Shown piece after piece: positions 60,947-64,000 of a DNA stretch of 64,000 nucleotides. Position 1 is the first letter of the stretch. The number at the start of each line of letters is the position of its first letter. Position numbers and translations under genes: made by a program. This DNA comes from an uncultured Nitrososphaerota archaeon (lineage in GTDB: Archaea > Asgardarchaeota > Njordarchaeia > Njordarchaeales > Njordarchaeaceae), in NCBI GenBank assembly GCA_964518475.1, contig CAZFGR010000001.1, positions 224,001 to 288,000 on the forward strand. Reading direction: 5' to 3'. Below the pieces are notes generated by a model. It saw nothing but the letters and a program-made list of their open reading frames with translations. It had not been told where the DNA came from and made no database searches.

Positions 60947-61091
60947 AAAGACACACCTCCAATACTACTATCAACAATAGAATTTCTTATAAAAAATGAT
61001 ATGGATTGCAGACGCTCTCGAAAATATATAGAACGTCAACAGTTAAGAGATTTCTAAGGCAATTATTATTTACATTGTCGGTAATTCGGGA

Positions 61092-61142
61092 ATGATGATA
61101 CCTGGCAAGTGAGATCTTAATGATCGATCACAGTTAATCTGA
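61092..61142 (+). ncRNA. Box C/D sRNA candidate
   Basis: ATGATGA-tacctggcaagt-GAGA-tctta-ATGATCG-atcacagttaat-CTGA with two 12-nt guides. Confidence 0.65.
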
Positions 61143-61598
61143 CCCTTTCCTCAACATTTCAATTTCTTTCTCTAATTCTTCTGGAGAAAAACTAAAGTAT
61201 CCTGGAAACTTGAAACTGATGTGTATAATATCATCTCCCCAACCTAGTTTTATATTTCCTAGGTACGCTACTTGCTTATCTAAGCGGATATATAGTGTTT
61301 TTGTTGAGCTATCAAAACGCTCACTAATCCAATTAGGATATAGAAAACCTTCAATTTTACTCATGATCCACCTAAAAATAGCCTCTGCCTCTTTCTTATT
61401 TCTTATAAACGCTTCTAACCTAATGATTGGATTTCCATAATGCCCCGAAATCACTTCACGTGACAATTTTATTTTCAGATTCGGTGGAAGAACATTTCTA
61501 ATAGCCTTGATAACTTTTTCCTCATCTTCTGTTGCGTGTACATGCACGGCTATTCTAACCGATATCGGCTTAATTTTTCCTCTATTCACCAAAGTCAC
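61134..61598 (-). CDS. DUF54 / RNA_binding family protein
   Basis: HATEDEEKV..A, GHYGNPI and LYIRLDKQ.AY.G. Confidence 0.9.
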   Translation of the reverse strand: MTLVNRGKIKPISVRIAVHVHATEDEEKVIKAIRNVLPPNLKIKLSREVISGHYGNPIIRLEAFIRNKKEAEAIFRWIMSKIEGFLYPNWISERFDSSTKTLYIRLDKQVAYLGNIKLGWGDDIIHISFKFPGYFSFSPEELEKEIEMLRKGSD

Positions 61599-61692
61599 CT
61601 AAAAATAAAAAATAAGGTAAGGTTCCATATGATCATAAAGTAAATAGAAGACTCACCGTTTTACGTTCTTATATTTATGCCATTAAATTGGG

Positions 61693-61747
61693 ATGATGAG
61701 CCCGCGAGGATCCAACTTTAAGGATGACGAGAGCACGGCGCTTCTGA
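61693..61747 (+). ncRNA. Box C/D sRNA
   Basis: ATGATGA-gcccgcgaggat-CCAA...ATGACGA-gagcacggcgctt-CTGA. Confidence 0.78.
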
Positions 61748-61749
61748 CC

Positions 61750-62070
61750 TTACTTTAGAACATATTCTCGTAACCACTTAAGGTAATCCCCATACGCTTG
61801 AGCATCTAAAACAATTAGCTCAGGCACAGTATATGGATGGTTTTCCTTAAGCCAATTCAGAATTTCATTTTGCTTCTCAGAAGCTGTCTTTATTTCCAAG
61901 ATATACTCGCGCTCACGCTCAATTTTTCCTTGCCAATAATACGTTGAAAAAGCTTCAATCACACTAATACATGCAGCAAGTTTGTTACTTACAAGTTCCA
62001 GCGCTATTTTATCCGCTTTCTCCTTAGAGTTAACGGTTGTGAAAATAATGATGATCTTACCTTTCTCCAT
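61750..62070 (-). CDS. cutA: Divalent-cation tolerance protein CutA
   Basis: LAAC, S.YYWQG.IE and HPYTVPE. Confidence 0.95.
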   Translation of the reverse strand: MEKGKIIIIFTTVNSKEKADKIALELVSNKLAACISVIEAFSTYYWQGKIEREREYILEIKTASEKQNEILNWLKENHPYTVPELIVLDAQAYGDYLKWLREYVLK

Positions 62071-62196
62071 TTCAAACGCCCTGATTTAATGCTTATGCGT
62101 TCAAAAGTTAATGTCTTACAACTCAACTTGTTCTAATTCGCTAAAAAGCTATATATTATATGCTCTTGTCATAATTCTTCCTATATGCGAGGTTGA

Positions 62197-63060
62197 GTGA
62201 GGATTTATGGAGGAATAAGATTGAAACTAAAAGAAGTTGTGCCAATGAATCGTCAAAAGTTACAACAAGTGTTAGAAGAATTATCGGGACTAAAGTATGA
62301 TTTCGTAGTAGATGCTCATTGCCACATAGAATCAGATCTATTCACCCAGGAAGAAAGAGAGAGAATATTGGACATAGCTATTAAAAAATATCGTGTACGA
62401 ATGTTCACTACACCTATAACAATGCAGGAAAGAGTTCTAGCCCTTAAACTCTCAGAAAAGTATTCTAGCTCTTTATTCATTGTTACTGGATCGCACCCAC
62501 TTTCTGAGGAACCATTAGATGACGTGATAGAGTTTATAAGAAAACACAAGAAGATCATCGTGGGGATAGGAGAAGTCGGTCTAGATTTCACGCCCCCAAA
62601 CAATACATCAGAGATAAAAGAAAGACAAATCCGAAAATTTGAGACTTTTATACAGCTTGCGAAAGAGATGAACAAACCTCTTGTCGTTCATTCACGTAGT
62701 GCTGGAAAGTATGCCTTGGATATACTTATAAAAAATGGTGCTGAAAAGGTTCTTATGCACGCATTCTCTGGTAAAGCAAAGTATGCTAAGAAAGGAATTG
62801 AGGCTGGTTTTTATTTTAGCATACCGCCTAATGCTGCTTTTAGTCCTCAAAAAAGGAGTCTCATTAACGTATTACCGATAGAGAATATTTTGTTAGAAAC
62901 GGACTCCCCCTATATGCGACTATTCAATAACGTAATTACGTATCCTTGGCACGTCTTGATTTCTGCAACGATCATTGCTGTAGCAAAAGAAATGGAAGTA
63001 GAGGAAGTGATACGTGTAACTACCCAAAACGCTCAGCGCTTATTCTCTGTCTACTTCTAA
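62197..63060 (+). CDS. TatD-family nuclease
   Basis: DAHCH, GEVGLD, HSR and ETDSP. Confidence 0.93.
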   Translation: MRIYGGIRLKLKEVVPMNRQKLQQVLEELSGLKYDFVVDAHCHIESDLFTQEERERILDIAIKKYRVRMFTTPITMQERVLALKLSEKYSSSLFIVTGSHPLSEEPLDDVIEFIRKHKKIIVGIGEVGLDFTPPNNTSEIKERQIRKFETFIQLAKEMNKPLVVHSRSAGKYALDILIKNGAEKVLMHAFSGKAKYAKKGIEAGFYFSIPPNAAFSPQKRSLINVLPIENILLETDSPYMRLFNNVITYPWHVLISATIIAVAKEMEVEEVIRVTTQNAQRLFSVYF

Positions 63061-63064
63061 TGTT

Positions 63065-64000
63065 TCATTTTGTTACTTCGTTGATAGTATCTAAAAGCAT
63101 TTTTTTGAATTCTTTATGAATTTCTGTGAGTTTGTCTTTCTTTCTACTCTCCGTCATCATCCTAATAACGGGCTCTGTGTTGCTAGGTCGTATGAGAATG
63201 GATGCGCCTTCTAGATACACTTTAACACCATCTATGGTGCTTACGTCAGAAAACTTGCTCAGTATTTTCTCTTTTAGTTTTTCAATTACGCTCCATTTGA
63301 TAACATCGTCGACTGGGATATTTTCACGAAGAACATAGTACGTACCTATCTCATCGTAAAGTTTGCCTAATGGTTTATTCTCCTTAGTTATTATTGAAGC
63401 TATAGTATATGAAGTAAGCATAGCATCATCATAATAAAAACCGTAGAGAGGTAGGAAGAAATGATAGCTTCCCTCTACTCCTATTTTTGCATTATGCTCC
63501 TTCGCTGCCCGTGCCACAAACACGTCTCCCACTCTGGTCTCTATAGCTTTAATTCCCATTTCCTCAAGCTTTTCTCTTAGTAATGATGAACATTCTGCGT
63601 TATAAACGACTGTATCCCCTGGTTTAAGAAGATTTCTAGCTAATAAAACGCCTATTACCTCCGCTGGAACTACTCTCCCCCTCTCATCAAGTATCACTGC
63701 TCTATCTGCATCACCATCAAATGCTATGCCAATATCCCCCCTCACAGCCTCAATTACTTTTCTCAAATTTTTCAAATCACTATGAACAGGATCAGGTGAT
63801 CCAGAAGGAAATGTTCCATCAACCTGCCCATTTAGGACAATTATTTCATGATACTTACTAAACATTCTTGGAATAACTATTCCTCCGATACCGTTCATTG
63901 TATCTAGTACCACTCTTAGACTATCATTTGGTTGAAGGGGTGTATTCCATACGAAGTCTAAATAATTATTGATTACCTCTTCTCTATCCCCTGTGATAAT
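63065..64000 (-). CDS. Phosphomannomutase/phosphoglucomutase (5' part outside the window)
   Basis: FDGDADR, VGD, IRPSNTEP. Confidence 0.9.
   Translation of the reverse strand: MITGDREEVINNYLDFVWNTPLQPNDSLRVVLDTMNGIGGIVIPRMFSKYHEIIVLNGQVDGTFPSGSPDPVHSDLKNLRKVIEAVRGDIGIAFDGDADRAVILDERGRVVPAEVIGVLLARNLLKPGDTVVYNAECSSLLREKLEEMGIKAIETRVGDVFVARAAKEHNAKIGVEGSYHFFLPLYGFYYDDAMLTSYTIASIITKENKPLGKLYDEIGTYYVLRENIPVDDVIKWSVIEKLKEKILSKFSDVSTIDGVKVYLEGASILIRPSNTEPVIRMMTESRKKDKLTEIHKEFKKMLLDTINEVTK

Noticed and set aside
61098-61125. Resemblance to the 5' part of U1 snRNA (TACCTGGCA..GAGAT..ATGATC)
   Set aside because: It lacks the ACTTAC splice-site-pairing end, stem-loops and an Sm site, and is fully explained as a C/D sRNA; treated as coincidence.

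Overview
Core-genome segment of an archaeon with AT-rich coding DNA and very GC-rich structural RNAs, which suggests a thermophile. A Rab-like GTPase, an MglA-like GTPase, an EMC6-like protein and a Yip1-domain protein point to an Asgard-type lineage (inference). The window is dominated by informational genes: r-proteins, four aminoacyl-tRNA synthetases, TiaS, aRF1, aIF5A, Rqc2, TFB, TBP, PCNA, DNA ligase and Cdc48. It also has a four-subunit 2-oxoacid:ferredoxin oxidoreductase operon, methylthioadenosine salvage genes and a MoxR/VWA pair. RNA genes absent from the ORF track are three intron-containing tRNAs, six box C/D sRNA candidates, an H/ACA-like RNA and a 5S rRNA. The main result is that the 5S rRNA gene (15054-15184, minus strand) is circularly permuted. 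Its 3' half precedes its 5' half, the natural ends are joined by a 5-nt loop, and the unit sits inside a perfect 13-bp inverted repeat with a bulge-helix splicing motif. Canonical cut positions in that motif exactly rebuild the 5S sequence as a circle. Other notable items are a candidate WASH/VASP-like actin regulator, two nucleotide-exact repeats between ancient paralogous coding segments, and a Urm1-like modifier with a masked GG. No mobile elements or CRISPR arrays were seen.
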